Positions 7,401 through 15,245 of a stretch of DNA of 15,245 bases are shown here, one piece after another. Position numbers and translations under genes: made by a program. Source of the DNA: Armatimonadota bacterium (GTDB lineage: Bacteria > Armatimonadota > UBA5829 > DTLH01); the NCBI GenBank assembly GCA_039680575.1, contig JBDKSP010000099.1, forward strand, positions 1 through 15,245, given 5' to 3'. Positions within the stretch are counted from its first letter, which is position 1, and each line of letters begins with the position of its first letter. A model generated the notes under the pieces. The model did no database searches. It had not been told where the DNA came from and saw only the letters and a list, made by a program, of their open reading frames with translations.

Positions 7401-8962
7401 AGAAGGCCGAAGAGACCAGAGACGTTTCGCTCCGCGTTCCACACGGTGAAACGGGCAAGGTAGTCGATGTAAAGGTCTTCTCAAGGTTCAAATATAAGTG
7501 CACCAGGTGCGCTACTGTATATAATTTCTCGAAGAAGCCGGAAAGAACGCTCTGCGAGCGCTGCGACGGCGAGCTTTCGAGAGAGCCCGGAGATGAGTTG
7601 CCGGCAGGAGTCAACCAGCTCGTGCGCGTTTACATAGCCCAAAAACGAAAGGTTATGGAAGGCGACAAGATGGCAGGACGCCATGGCAACAAGGGAGTTA
7701 TCTCGAAGATCCTCCCGATGGAAGATATGCCGTATCTGCCAGATGGGACTCCGGTGGATATAGTCCTGAACCCGTTGGGCGTGCCGAGCCGAATGAATAT
7801 CGGACAGATCCTCGAGACACATCTTGGATTGGTCGGCAGGGAGCTCGGAGTAGCATTCCGCAACCCGATATTCCAGGGTGCTGTCGAGCGCGAGATACTT
7901 GCCGATCTCGATATTATGGCATGGAAACTCAAGTTGAAGGCTCTGAAGAGCTATGTGATATCAGACCTGAAGCTCGAAATCGAGTTCCCTGAGATTGACA
8001 GGCTCCAGTCGATGCTGGACCAAGCGCTGAAGAATGTCCAGGAAGTCTTCAAACAGAGTGATCTGGATGCGATAATGACGCCGTTCTATGACGCCTGGGA
8101 TTCCTGCATCGAGAGGATAAGAGCGAAGGTATCCGAGTTCGACGCGAGAGACCTTGAGATCATGAGCGCGAGAGTCGGAGCTTCTGCTGTAGTTGACGAT
8201 CCCGTGGCGGTTGCCGAGTCGCTTGTTAAGGATGAAAGCGAGGAGGAAACAGAGGAAGACGCTGAAACCGAGGCCAAGACTGAGGATGAAGGTCCGCTTC
8301 CTTACGCAGGTGAGCCTGCTCCCGCGGATTATGACATAACCGGAATAATCGACCATATTATCGATAACGTGATGCAGCGAGTCGGCCTCGAAGAGGTCAG
8401 AGAAGAGAACAAGGACGGCAGTGTAAAACGGCACTTGAGCGGTAAGATTCAACTCCACGATGGTTTGACCGGTCTTCCGTTCAATCAACCGTCTACTGTC
8501 GGTTATATCTACATGCTCAAACTCTCGCACCTTGTCGAAGACAAGATTCACGCCCGGTCGACTGGACCTTACTCGCTTGTGACCCAGCAGCCGCTCGGGG
8601 GTAAGGCGCAGTTCGGCGGACAGAGGTTCGGAGAGATGGAAGTCTGGGCGCTTGAGGCATACGGCGCGGCCTACACTCTCCAGGAGATACTGACTATCAA
8701 GTCCGACGATGTGCTCGGACGTGTCAAGACATATGAGTCAATCGTGAAAGGCGACAGCATGCTTGAGCCGGGCGTGCCGGAGTCATTCAAGATTCTTGTC
8801 AATGAGCTTCAGAGTCTCGGCCTCAAGGTCACCGTCGAGGATGACCGCGAAAGAGCGATCGATCTCAAGGACCATGAAGACGAGTTCGGTGAGGGAGATG
8901 GCGCTGGCAGGATCACTGCAAAGCGCAAACAGAAGGCTCTGGAACTCAAGGAGGATTTCTAA
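4445..8962 (+). CDS. rpoB: DNA-directed RNA polymerase subunit beta, 1505 aa, with several lineage-specific insertions
   Basis: [93 protein letters not shown] 4434-4439 before ATG 4445. Confidence 0.99.
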   Translation: MKEIQHRTKRTPGIIDIPNLVEIQLDSYKWFLREGLRELFHSFSPIHDFTGNLSLELVDYTLGDPKYSVEECRNRDMTYEAPIKVKVRLQAKEGEVIESEVYLGDLPLMTERGTFVINGAERVVVSQLARSSGVYFKDTLDFSGRVLYFATVIPNEGAWVDIESDANDVISVRVGQTKKFPLTTLLRALSAFSEACPVTEILPTRETQGRMLVEPIVDLETGEVLIDAGKTITDKLLAKLEGHKLPEKAAVAADSTPCDTTGEILELFSKKKKLKNPTRDQLRGRRLSHEIIDPKTQKVILKAYAKITEEAAKKVENLKLDEVEVLDTNRYVEATIDQDGANSKEEALIDIYHKVRPGDPATRDSAKSLLNSIFFDTRRYDLARVGRYKLNKKLGLNLPESVRTLTKEDLLKVIEYIIGLSESGALVTHLAVSRLHSRIPELEKAVKDAGKAATPEEKAEDGKISRLKESLEVLRNLRLGSILTEQKIKGIKELLDLVPNGRRLVAETPAELFPEETAVRLSPCDTDDIDHLENKRVRSVGELLQSQLRMGFLRMEKVAKERMTSLDPENVIPQVILSVKPVSASIKSFFGSSQLSQFMDQTNPLAELTHKRRLSALGPGGLSRQSAKLEVRDVHHSHYGRICPIETPEGPNIGLIGSMAVHAKIDDYGFIRSPYRVVKNGRVTNEIVFLPADEDDEEYIAPANTLIDEKTGKFLTDTVLVRHENVYPQVPSDKVTYVDIAPMQIMSVATAMIPFLENDDANRALMGSNMQRQAVPLLRADAPIVRTGVESRAARDSKAVIVAKHDGVVKSVTAEKILIETLDGQVDEYHMLNMLRSNQATCVTQKPIVKSGKRVRAGQVIADGPSTDGGELALGQNVLCTFMPWHGYNYEDAILLSERMVMDDVYTSIHIEKYETEARDTKLGPEEVTRDIPNIGEDMLKDLDENGIIRIGAEVRPEDILVGKVAPKGQGELTAEERLIIAIFGKKAEETRDVSLRVPHGETGKVVDVKVFSRFKYKCTRCATVYNFSKKPERTLCERCDGELSREPGDELPAGVNQLVRVYIAQKRKVMEGDKMAGRHGNKGVISKILPMEDMPYLPDGTPVDIVLNPLGVPSRMNIGQILETHLGLVGRELGVAFRNPIFQGAVEREILADLDIMAWKLKLKALKSYVISDLKLEIEFPEIDRLQSMLDQALKNVQEVFKQSDLDAIMTPFYDAWDSCIERIRAKVSEFDARDLEIMSARVGASAVVDDPVAVAESLVKDESEEETEEDAETEAKTEDEGPLPYAGEPAPADYDITGIIDHIIDNVMQRVGLEEVREENKDGSVKRHLSGKIQLHDGLTGLPFNQPSTVGYIYMLKLSHLVEDKIHARSTGPYSLVTQQPLGGKAQFGGQRFGEMEVWALEAYGAAYTLQEILTIKSDDVLGRVKTYESIVKGDSMLEPGVPESFKILVNELQSLGLKVTVEDDRERAIDLKDHEDEFGEGDGAGRITAKRKQKALELKEDF

Positions 8963-11900
8963 ATGGCTGACGCAAGAACCTTTGATAAGATACGTATAGG
9001 GATTGCATCGCCTGATGAGATAAGGGGATGGTCCTGCGGCGAAGTCAAAAAGCCGGAGACCATAAATTATCGGACGTTCAAGCCCGAACGCGACGGACTG
9101 TTCTGTGAACGGATTTTCGGGCCGGTCAAGGACTGGGAATGCCACTGCGGCCGGTATAAGAAGGTCAAGTTCAAAGGAATCGTATGCGACCGGTGCGGAG
9201 TCGAGGTAACGCGTTCCAAGGTCCGGCGCGAGAGAATGGGACACATCGAGCTTGCGTCTCCGGTATCACATATTTGGTACCTGAAGGGCGTACCGAGCCC
9301 GATGGCTCTGCTTTTGGACATCAGTCCGAGGCCGCTTGAGCGGGTTCTCTACTTTGCGTCCTATATAGTAACGCAGATCGACCGCCAGGCTATAAATGAT
9401 CGCCTGGAAGACATAAGAGGCGCTGCCAACGCAGAGATAGAAGAGATAGAGTCTCAGAAGGACGCGGCTATCGCCAAACTTCGGCGCGATCAGGTCAAAG
9501 ACCAGAAGGAACACGAAGAAGAGTGGTCAGAGGATGATGTCGAAGCCAGTAAAAAGCAGCTTTCCGACCGGATCAAGCAGGAAGAGAAAGATGCTGTCGA
9601 GCGGGTTGAGGAGACGCAGAACACTCTGAAGCTCATTGAGAGCCTTCAGCGAAGGGAACTGATAAACGAAGACCAGTACAGGGCGCTTGAGAGGTTCCTC
9701 GATGCCATCGGCCAAAGGCTGGATGTGAACCTTGCCGCATTGGTGAAAGCCGGCATGGGCGGCACCGCAATCAAGGAACTTCTAATGGAAGTCGATCTTG
9801 AGAAGATGGCTCGCGAACTCCGCAAGGAGATTTCGCAGACGCAGGGACCGAAGAGAGCCCGCGCAATCAAGCGGCTTGAGGTTGCCGATGCGTTCATCAA
9901 CTCTAAGAGCAGGCCGGAATGGATGATTCTCGACTGCATACCGGTCATTTCACCTGAGCTGAGGCCAATGGTACAGCTCGACGGCGGTAGGTTCGCCACA
10001 AGCGACCTGAATGACCTTTACAGAAGGATCATCAACCGGAACAACCGGCTTAAGAAGATCACGGATATTCGCGCTCCTGAGTCGATTATCAACCATGAGA
10101 AGCGGCTTCTGCAGGAGGCCGTGGACGCACTGATCGACAACGGCCGCCGGACAAGACCGGTAGTAGGCTCGAACAACAGGCCGCTCAAGTCACTTTCCGA
10201 TATGCTGAAGGGTAAAGAAGGCCGGTTCCGAAAGAACCTGCTTGGAAAGCGCGTTGACTATTCCGGCCGTTCGGTCATCGTAGTCGGTCCTCACCTGAAG
10301 CTGCATCAGTGCGGTCTTCCTAAGGAAATGGCTCTTGAGCTCTTCAAACCGTTCGTGATGAAGACACTGGTCGAGCGCCAGTACACGTCAAACATCAAGA
10401 CGGCGAAGAGAATGATCGATAAAATGAAACCAGAGGTCTGGGATGCACTCGAAGAAGTGATCCGGGAGCACCCGGTCCTTCTGAACAGAGCGCCGACGCT
10501 TCACAGACTGGGAATCCAGGCATTTGAGCCGGTACTGGTCGACGGTAAAGCGATCCAGGTTCACCCGCTGGTATGTCATGCGTTCAACGCGGACTTCGAC
10601 GGGGACCAGATGGCGGTGCATGTACCGCTCTCGACCACCGCTCAGGCGGAGGCGAGAGTGCTGATGCTTGCAACGCACAACCTGTTCTCTCCCGCGGACG
10701 GGCGGCCCGTCGTTGCACCGACCCAGGACATCGTTTTGGGGGCATATTATCTGACCCAGAAGAAGGATGTCAATGATGATTACGTGCATCCGATATTCGC
10801 CAATCAACAGGAAGCGATGTTCGCCTATAACAGCGGCGCTATCGGCTTGCATGACCCGATAAAAGTCAGGCTGGACTATAACGGCGAGCGGAAGATTTAC
10901 GAGACTGCGGTTGGCCGGTTGATATTCAACCAGATCCTGCCGGAGGGAATGGACTACGTAGACTATGAGATAGACAAGAAAGCGATGTCCAATCTCGTAA
11001 GTGACTGCTATGCCCAGTTCGGTGCAGAGAAGACTATCCTGCTTTTGGATGATCTGAAGGACATCGGGTACCGGTATGCGACGTTTGGTGGAATCACCAT
11101 CTCGATGACGGATATGGATATTCCCGGTAAGAGAGACGAGATCATATCCCGGACTGAAGATGAGGTCAAGAAACACAACAGATACCATCAGCGCGGACAT
11201 ACGACCGCTGCGGAAAGGAAGCAGAAGGTCCTTGACCTCTGGCTTAAAGCATCGGAAGATGTCGCTGAGGCTATTCTTGATAAGATCGATAAATTCAACC
11301 CGATCTATATGATGACCAACTCCGGTGCGAGAGGTAGTAAGAGACAGATCACACAGCTCTCCGGTATGCGAGGCTTGATGAGCGACCCGTTCGGAAACCT
11401 GATCGAGGACCTTCCCATCAAGTCGAACTTCCACGAGGGGCTGAACGTTCTCGAATACTTCATCTCGACACACGGTGCGAGAAAGGGTCTGGCGGACACC
11501 GCTCTTAGGACGGCGGACGCGGGTTACTTGACTCGAAGGCTTGTAGACGTCGCCCAGGATGTCATCGTTCGAGGTGACGACTGCGGTTCGGTCCAGGGTA
11601 TCTACGTAACCCAGATCGAAGAAGGCGGAGATGTCATAGAACAGCTGCACGAACGGATCGCCGGTCGCTATGCGCTTGAGGATATTTATCTTCCTGGTCA
11701 GGACGAGCCGATCGTCCGCGCAAGCGAGGAAATAACGGATGATGCAGCCAAGCAGATTGAAGACGCAGGTATCAAGAAGGTCGGTATACGTTCGCCGCTC
11801 TTCTGCGAACTGAGACACGGAATCTGCGCCAAGTGTTACGGCCGGGATATGGCTCTCGGCAAGTTGATCGAGGCTGGGACTGCCGTTGGTATTATCGCAG

Positions 11901-13288
11901 CGCAGTCTATCGGTGAACCTGGTACGCAGTTGACGATGAGAACCTTCCACACAGGAGGCGTCGCCGGAAAGTACCTGACAGGGGTTGCAGAGGTCAAGAA
12001 AAAGAAACAGGAGTCGCTCCGAGAACTCCACGACGACATTCGCCGCGGACTCGTATCATTCGAGGAAGAGGGAATGCCTGCAAGTGCTGAACGCGAGAGG
12101 GTCCGCGCTGTCCAGGCGGTACTCAAGGTCCTTGAGGACCAGGTGCGAGGACTCCTTCGGGTAGTAGAGCTCTTCGAGGCCAGAAAACCTAAAGGTCAGG
12201 CGATTATTACGGAAGTAGCCGGTAAGGTTGTGGACATCGATACCCGTGGCTTGAAGCGGGTGGTTATTCACTCGACAGCAGCGGGGTCTGATATTGCCGC
12301 GATGGCCGGTGAGGTCGCCGCTGAAGACATCATCGACCCGCAGACCGGCGAAGTGATGGTTTCAGAGGGCACAGACATCACCGAGCGGATAGCTCGAAAG
12401 GTAGCAGAGGCTCAAGTCCAGGAAGTCGTGCTGAGAAAGACCCACCTGGTGCCTCACAGAGGTAAGCTGAACGTCGAAGTCGGCGATGAAGTCCGGCCCG
12501 GCAACAGACTGACTGAAGGTCCGCTCGATCCTCAGAAGGTTCTGGAACTCCAGGGCGTGCACGGTATTATGGAGTATCTCGTTGGAGAGATCCAGAGCGT
12601 GTACAAGAGCCAGGGTGTCGATATCAATGACAAGCATGTCGAGATCATAGTCCGGCAGATGCTGAAGCGCCGCCGTGTTCTCGAAGCCGGAGATTGCAAG
12701 TTCCTTCCGGGACAGGTTGTCGATAAGTTCGACTTCGAGGATGAGAATACCCGGATAAGAGAGCAGGGTGGAGTCGAAGCTACCGCAGACTGGCTACTCC
12801 TCGGTATCACAGAGGCATCTCTTGCTACTGACAGCTTCCTGTCGGCTGCGTCGTTCCAGAAGACGACCAGAGTCCTGACGGATGCTGCCGTAAGGGGTAA
12901 GAGAGACAACCTGGTAGGTCTGAAGGAGAACGTAATTATCGGCCGGTTGATTCCTGCAGGAACAGGTCTGCCTCGCTTCAGGTTGCTTGAAGTCCTGGGT
13001 GAGGATAAAGAGCCGATATTTACGCCGAAGAGCCTCCTTGAGGTGCAACCGGAAGAGGAAGAGGAGCTGTTTGCGATCACTCCCCAGCCTGAGGAGATAG
13101 CTGTGGACAGCCTGCTGCCTGTCGGGGATGAAACCGAGACCGAAGAGGAGGAGCAGGTGGATACCCTGCTCAATGTCGAAGAAGAGATCACTTCGGATGA
13201 GGAAGACCTTGTCATACCCGACATCGACGAGGAAACTCCTGACCTCGACGAATCGACTATAGACGAAGACTCAGAGTCAGCAATCTAG
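8963..13288 (+). CDS. rpoC: DNA-directed RNA polymerase subunit beta', 1441 aa
   Basis: N-terminal Zn finger ([16 protein letters not shown]), catalytic NADFDGD (10586-10606), bridge helix [65 protein letters not shown] 8948-8954 inside the rpoB 3' end. Confidence 0.99.
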   Translation: MADARTFDKIRIGIASPDEIRGWSCGEVKKPETINYRTFKPERDGLFCERIFGPVKDWECHCGRYKKVKFKGIVCDRCGVEVTRSKVRRERMGHIELASPVSHIWYLKGVPSPMALLLDISPRPLERVLYFASYIVTQIDRQAINDRLEDIRGAANAEIEEIESQKDAAIAKLRRDQVKDQKEHEEEWSEDDVEASKKQLSDRIKQEEKDAVERVEETQNTLKLIESLQRRELINEDQYRALERFLDAIGQRLDVNLAALVKAGMGGTAIKELLMEVDLEKMARELRKEISQTQGPKRARAIKRLEVADAFINSKSRPEWMILDCIPVISPELRPMVQLDGGRFATSDLNDLYRRIINRNNRLKKITDIRAPESIINHEKRLLQEAVDALIDNGRRTRPVVGSNNRPLKSLSDMLKGKEGRFRKNLLGKRVDYSGRSVIVVGPHLKLHQCGLPKEMALELFKPFVMKTLVERQYTSNIKTAKRMIDKMKPEVWDALEEVIREHPVLLNRAPTLHRLGIQAFEPVLVDGKAIQVHPLVCHAFNADFDGDQMAVHVPLSTTAQAEARVLMLATHNLFSPADGRPVVAPTQDIVLGAYYLTQKKDVNDDYVHPIFANQQEAMFAYNSGAIGLHDPIKVRLDYNGERKIYETAVGRLIFNQILPEGMDYVDYEIDKKAMSNLVSDCYAQFGAEKTILLLDDLKDIGYRYATFGGITISMTDMDIPGKRDEIISRTEDEVKKHNRYHQRGHTTAAERKQKVLDLWLKASEDVAEAILDKIDKFNPIYMMTNSGARGSKRQITQLSGMRGLMSDPFGNLIEDLPIKSNFHEGLNVLEYFISTHGARKGLADTALRTADAGYLTRRLVDVAQDVIVRGDDCGSVQGIYVTQIEEGGDVIEQLHERIAGRYALEDIYLPGQDEPIVRASEEITDDAAKQIEDAGIKKVGIRSPLFCELRHGICAKCYGRDMALGKLIEAGTAVGIIAAQSIGEPGTQLTMRTFHTGGVAGKYLTGVAEVKKKKQESLRELHDDIRRGLVSFEEEGMPASAERERVRAVQAVLKVLEDQVRGLLRVVELFEARKPKGQAIITEVAGKVVDIDTRGLKRVVIHSTAAGSDIAAMAGEVAAEDIIDPQTGEVMVSEGTDITERIARKVAEAQVQEVVLRKTHLVPHRGKLNVEVGDEVRPGNRLTEGPLDPQKVLELQGVHGIMEYLVGEIQSVYKSQGVDINDKHVEIIVRQMLKRRRVLEAGDCKFLPGQVVDKFDFEDENTRIREQGGVEATADWLLLGITEASLATDSFLSAASFQKTTRVLTDAAVRGKRDNLVGLKENVIIGRLIPAGTGLPRFRLLEVLGEDKEPIFTPKSLLEVQPEEEEELFAITPQPEEIAVDSLLPVGDETETEEEEQVDTLLNVEEEITSDEEDLVIPDIDEETPDLDESTIDEDSESAI

Positions 13289-13301
13289 GGCGAAACAAAC
13301 C

Positions 13302-13333
13302 AAAGGCCGGATCTTTTGATCCGGCCTTTTTTT
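13302..13333 (+). terminator. Rho-independent terminator of rpoBC
   Basis: Perfect inverted repeat AAAGGCCGGATC-TTTT-GATCCGGCCTTT with a T7 run at 13327-13333. Confidence 0.93.
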
Positions 13334-13343
13334 AGCTATCAGC

Positions 13344-13526
13344 CATTCCCGTTTATGCCGCGGGAACGGAAAATATGAGAGTATCTTTCTTATAGTTCCT
13401 AGTTTAGTTCCCGCAGCTCTGGACCACGGGGAGAAGCACGATTTCCACCAATCTTCTCCTGCTGACGGCTAAAACTACTTGTCCGGGCTGCCAATTTCAA
13501 TCAATACGGCCCCGTGTGCGGGAATG
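13344..13526 (+). other. Highly structured intergenic element (candidate ncRNA or decayed REP-pair/MITE)
   Basis: Nested complementary segments: 13344-13352/13518-13526, 13360-13367/13407-13414, 13374-13380/13388-13394, 13413-13424/13481-13491, GGAGAAG/CTTCTCC. Confidence 0.35.
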
Positions 13527-13601
13527 CCCAACTGGATAAAACCATCTTCCGATCTTTTCGAAAAAAATACCATATATTTTGGCATAATTATTGCACACTA
13601 A

Positions 13602-13630
13602 TTGACTGTTGAACTAGATTGCGTTAATAT
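13602..13630 (+). promoter_or_regulatory. Sigma70/SigA-type promoter for the GH130-like gene
   Basis: TTGACT (13602-13607), 17-nt spacer, TAATAT (13625-13630); A/T-rich upstream region. Confidence 0.65.
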
Positions 13631-13643
13631 AGAGCTAATAGAT

Positions 13644-13653
13644 ATAGCGCTAT
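13644..13653. promoter_or_regulatory. Candidate LacI-family operator
   Basis: Perfect palindrome ATAGCGCTAT with central AGCGCT just downstream of the predicted -10. Confidence 0.4.
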
Positions 13654-13738
13654 CGTCGACAAAGATAGCGAAATTGTGTATCTTGTGGTTATATCCCGAT
13701 GGACGGGGAAGTTATCAACGCTGATAAGGATGGTTGAT

Positions 13739-14905
13739 GTGGCGATAAGCTGTTTTACTCGACCCAGTATCGAACGCCTTAATCAAGGCCTGCCGCTGAT
13801 TGCTGCTGATCCGAATGGTTGGGATAACGGTTTTACGTTGAACCCGACTGTTGTTCGGCTGGAGCGGTCCTTAAAAAATGACAAAATCATACAGAGTATA
13901 TTAAGCCGGCACACTCTTGACGATCTACGGCTTAAGGACGGCATCGTCGCCGTCTTCTACAGGGGAATACCTAAGGAGACTCCGGGAAATCCGCTCCTTA
14001 GGTCTGCCGTCGGACTTGCGGTGTTCACACCGAAGTTCGAGCTTCTTGAGAGATTGGGGTATCCACTCGTCGTACCGGAAGATAGCATCCTGGGATACGA
14101 TTATAATGGAGTGGAAGACCAGCGGGTAACTCGGATTGGCGACACATTCTACATGGTGTACTGCGGCTATAATCCGAACTATCCTATCGAGCATAATATT
14201 CATATCTGCATGGCTCAGTCCGACGATTTGCTTCATTGGACCAAGCTTGGGCCTATAAGCGGAAGCGTGAACAATTATCCGAACAAGGATGCGGTCATCC
14301 TGCCGGAACCCGTCAATGGGATGTATGTGATGCTGCACAGACCCATGATCGGACAGCAGGGCAGTTTCAGCATCGCGCTTGCTGCGAGCCATTCACCGAC
14401 GGGAGAATGGCAGGATTACGGCACGATTATGCGGGCGACTCCGAATCCGCGCTACAGGACGTCCTGGCTCGGTGCAGGGTCTGCACCTCTGCCTCTTGGC
14501 GACAATCGTTATCTTGTGGATTATCACACCGGTAATTATTATGCTACAGGAGAGAGAGACTATTATGCGGGATATGCCATACTGAACTTCAGCAAGTTGG
14601 ATATCAACGATCCTGAGTCGATTGTCGAAGCCCGCTGTGATTGCATGCTGGAGCCGGAGACGCCTTATGAACTCAACTCTCCATGGCCCCATGGAAAGAA
14701 CCTTAACTGCGTCTTTCCTGCAGGAAGCTGCGAGTATGGCGATGATCTGATCCTGCTCTATGGCGGAGCGGACGCATACGTGCTTGGAGCGCGGGTCAAG
14801 AAGCGAGAACTGGTTGCGTTTCTTGAGTCGATAGGTAATAATTACAAATTTAATACAGATCCCCTAGGCGAACCGGTAACAAACAGAAGAACAGTATCAA
14901 AATGA
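13739..14905 (+). CDS. GH130-like five-bladed beta-propeller glycoside phosphorylase/hydrolase (beta-mannoside-type), cytoplasmic
   Basis: Motifs LNP, GVEDQRVT (cf. G.EDPR), NKDAVILPE, MLHRP, GAGSAP, YH, EPETPYE, VFPAG, YGGAD; no signal peptide. GTG 13739 is 8 nt after SD TAAGGA (13725-13730); ATG 13730 and GTG 13676 are in-frame alternatives. Confidence 0.8.
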   Translation: MAISCFTRPSIERLNQGLPLIAADPNGWDNGFTLNPTVVRLERSLKNDKIIQSILSRHTLDDLRLKDGIVAVFYRGIPKETPGNPLLRSAVGLAVFTPKFELLERLGYPLVVPEDSILGYDYNGVEDQRVTRIGDTFYMVYCGYNPNYPIEHNIHICMAQSDDLLHWTKLGPISGSVNNYPNKDAVILPEPVNGMYVMLHRPMIGQQGSFSIALAASHSPTGEWQDYGTIMRATPNPRYRTSWLGAGSAPLPLGDNRYLVDYHTGNYYATGERDYYAGYAILNFSKLDINDPESIVEARCDCMLEPETPYELNSPWPHGKNLNCVFPAGSCEYGDDLILLYGGADAYVLGARVKKRELVAFLESIGNNYKFNTDPLGEPVTNRRTVSK

Positions 14906-14936
14906 CCGGGGAGGCCGGTTCTCCACCAATCCGAAA

Positions 14937-14971
14937 GGCGGCTTCGGCGTAGAAAACATGCCGAAGCTGCC
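14937..14971. terminator. Strong 14-bp hairpin downstream of the GH130-like gene (possible terminator or 3' stabiliser)
   Basis: GGCGGCTTCGGCGT-AGAAAAC-ATGCCGAAGCTGCC with two G-U pairs on the + strand; no clear U-tract. Confidence 0.5.
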
Positions 14972-15141
14972 GAAAATTGTACGCCATCCATACCATCTCT
15001 TATCTTCTAAAGAGTTTCAGTTATACCTGAAACTCCATAGTACGGCGTAGCGTGCTAAGTAGTCTCCGTTTCTAGTAGCAATCATAGGTAGAGTCCGGCT
15101 CCTGCGGAGCTCCCCGTGGTCCGGTGGGTCCACAGGGTAGA

Positions 15142-15167
15142 TGGCCGGCACGGAGACCGGCCACTAC
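15142..15167 (-). repeat. GTAG-family REP-like palindrome
   Basis: Minus strand reads GTAG-TGGCCGG-TCTCCGTG-CCGGCCA: GTAG tetranucleotide followed by a GC-rich hairpin. Genome-wide copy number cannot be seen here. Confidence 0.55.
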
Positions 15168-15245
15168 GTCAAGCTGGCCTGCTATTAAGACAGGATGTTA
15201 CTTAGTTATTTCGATAACTCGGCGCGCTGGGTGGGACACTGAACT

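Noticed and set aside
5455..9999. Many antisense or alternate-frame ORFs over rpoB/rpoC (e.g. 6287-7174, 7961-8551, 8783-9244)
   Set aside because: Shadow ORFs with no protein-like motifs, fully overlapping conserved genes.
10388..12031. 547-aa antisense ORF inside rpoC
   Set aside because: Lies wholly opposite a conserved essential gene, has no recognisable motifs, and long antisense shadow ORFs are expected from codon bias.
12532..13224. 230-aa Ser-rich antisense ORF
   Set aside because: Ser runs are simply the reverse complement of the Glu/Asp-rich codon runs in the RpoC tail.
4445..13288. Inteins or introns as the explanation for RpoB/RpoC insertions
   Set aside because: No insert has C/S start with HN-C/S/T end or LAGLIDADG motifs; all are in frame with no stops.
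13360..13420. Cobalamin riboswitch-like words (GGGAA, CCCGCAGCT)
   Set aside because: Lacks the GGTG-AA-CC T-loop arm and B12 box; the downstream gene is unrelated and has its own promoter after the element.
14906..15245. CRISPR array or tRNA in the palindrome-rich 3' end
   Set aside because: No regularly spaced direct repeats and no cloverleaf or T-loop signature.

Overview
Bacterial core translation/transcription locus, all genes on the + strand: 3' end of tuf, rpmG (missed by the ORF track), tRNA-Trp, secE, nusG, rplK, rplA, L10 leader/attenuator, rplJ, rplL, rpoB, rpoC, a strong terminator, a ~180-nt highly structured spacer, a GH130-like glycoside phosphorylase/hydrolase gene with its own promoter and candidate operators, and a GTAG-type REP-like element. 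The sequence looks Terrabacteria-like (possibly Armatimonadota; inference only). Gene order is ordinary, but the RNA polymerase is heavily remodelled. It has a ~55-aa helical, non-SBHM insertion in the beta' trigger loop with GLP changed to GLL, an adenylate-kinase-LID-like C4 zinc finger at the beta i9 site, substitutions across the non-template-strand/CRE-binding surface, several extra BBM2-like modules, a ~170-aa beta insertion and an acidic beta' tail. rpoB and rpoC are in the same frame, separated only by one TAA. Comparisons with E. coli and B. subtilis sequences are from memory; no searches or folding programs were run.
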